A stretch of DNA of 63,292 nucleotides, the filler included, from Octopus bimaculoides (Eukaryota): NCBI RefSeq assembly GCF_001194135.2. It is 5 parts of 4 records of this genome, joined end to end, with 100 filler letters (N's around TTAATTAATTAA, not from the genome) between each part and the next. Parts side by side here need not be neighbours in the genome. Positions count along the whole stretch, not along the records: positions 61,161 to 63,292 come from NW_026435590.1; 4 more parts are not named here. One strand, 5' to 3'. This document shows positions 61,999 to 63,292 of this stretch, in pieces. A program made the position numbers and the translations under genes. Below the pieces are notes generated by a model that did no database searches, was not told the DNA's origin, and saw only the letters and a list, made by a program, of their open reading frames with translations. The number at the start of each line of letters is the position of its first letter. Position 1 is the stretch's first letter.

Positions 61999-62796
61999 TT
62001 ATTTTATTTTATTTTATTTTATTTTTATTTTATTTTATTTTTATTTCTAAAAGATTAAAGCTATGAAAATACACACCGAATAAAAAATACAAAAAAAAAA
62101 ATGTAATCCAAAAATACAGCCATGCTCATTGATATCCACACATTCAGATTATATGGAATCAATGTTTGCCGCACCTGATCCCACATCCGTTGTGAAAACT
62201 AATGAAAAGAAAAACGGAAAAGAAAAAGCAGTCAAATGTTGAAACNNNNNNNNNNNNNNNNNNNNNNNNNNNNNNNNNNNNNNNNNNNNNNNNNNNNNNN
62301 NNNNNNNNNNNNNNNNNNNNNNNNNNNNNNNNNNNNNNNNNNNNNNNNNNNNNNNNNNNNNNNNNNNNNNNNNNNNNNNNNNNNNNNNNNNNNNNNNNNN
62401 NNNNNNNNNNNNNNNNNNNNNNNNNNNNNNNNNNNNNNNNNNNNNNNNNNNNNNNNNNNNNNNNNNNNNNNNNNNNNNNNNNNNNNNNNNNNNNNNNNNN
62501 NNNNNNNNNNNNNNNNNNNNNNNNNNNNNNNNNNNNNNNNNNNNNNNNNNNNNNNNNNNNNNNNNNNNNNNNNNNNNNNNNNNNNNNNNNNNNNNNNNNN
62601 NNNNNNNNNNNNNNNNNNNNNNNNNNNNNNNNNNNNNNNNNNNNNNNNNNNNNNNNNNNNNNNNNNNNNNNNNNNNNNNNNNNNNNNNNNNNNNNNNNNN
62701 NNNNNNNNNNNNNNNNNNNNNTAAATATAGATTGATAGATATACATAGATATATGCATTCGTATATACATACATATATATATATGTATATGTGTAC

Positions 62797-62834
<38 letters not shown>

Positions 62835-62837
62835 GTA

Positions 62838-62885
<48 letters not shown>

Positions 62886-63292
62886 GTATATAAATATATG
62901 TGTGTGTGTGCGTGTGTATGTATGTGTATGTCTGTATGTATCTCTCTCTGTCCCTTTCTCTCTCTGTATATATATATGTGTGTGTGTGTGTGTATATATA
63001 TATATGTATGTATGTACGTATATATGTAGATATAAGTGTGTGTGTGTGTGTGTGTGTGTCTGTGCATATAGTACGCATATATTACAAGATAGGTTATATA
63101 TGCATATTTTATGCAGGGAATATTAAAGACTAAATGATAATTATGTGGTTAGAGAAGTAATACATAACACTCACATAAAAATCAACATAAGTAGATTATT
63201 GATATATTAGTTATTCATATATTCATAGAAATACACACACGCGCGCTCACACACAGGTATATAGGTATATATGTATATATATATATATATAT

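Overview
AT-rich, microsatellite-dense eukaryotic DNA from a gappy draft assembly. The repeat families resemble octopus (coleoid cephalopod) repeats; this is my inference and was not checked by any search. Four artificial 100-bp spacers (44 N + TTAATTAATTAA + 44 N) split the window into five joined pieces, so adjacency across them is unproven. Nearly every ORF in the supplied track is a translated microsatellite or gap. The only well-supported gene is absent from that track: the last two coding exons (40885-41027, 41966-42130, + strand) of a chymotrypsin-type S1A serine protease with an intact GDSGG motif. Its 5' exons were not found. Most other sequence is tRNA-derived SINEs (my labels A-E, about 30 copies) and decayed maT/mariner, hAT-like, Penelope-like and R4/Dong-like relics, MITEs and minisatellites. 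I see no evidence for a complete new biological system. The best leads are: a perfectly closed three-way (Y/T-shaped) hairpin at 33756-33811; a hierarchical 20/40/80-bp minisatellite rich in AP-1 sites that fills the probable protease 3' UTR; unusual S1-pocket residues in the protease; a small element with terminal inverted repeats (TIRs) and an exact 8-bp target-site duplication (TSD); a SINE family whose 3' tail tracks its target microsatellite; and a dense regulatory-motif cluster at 16340-16472.
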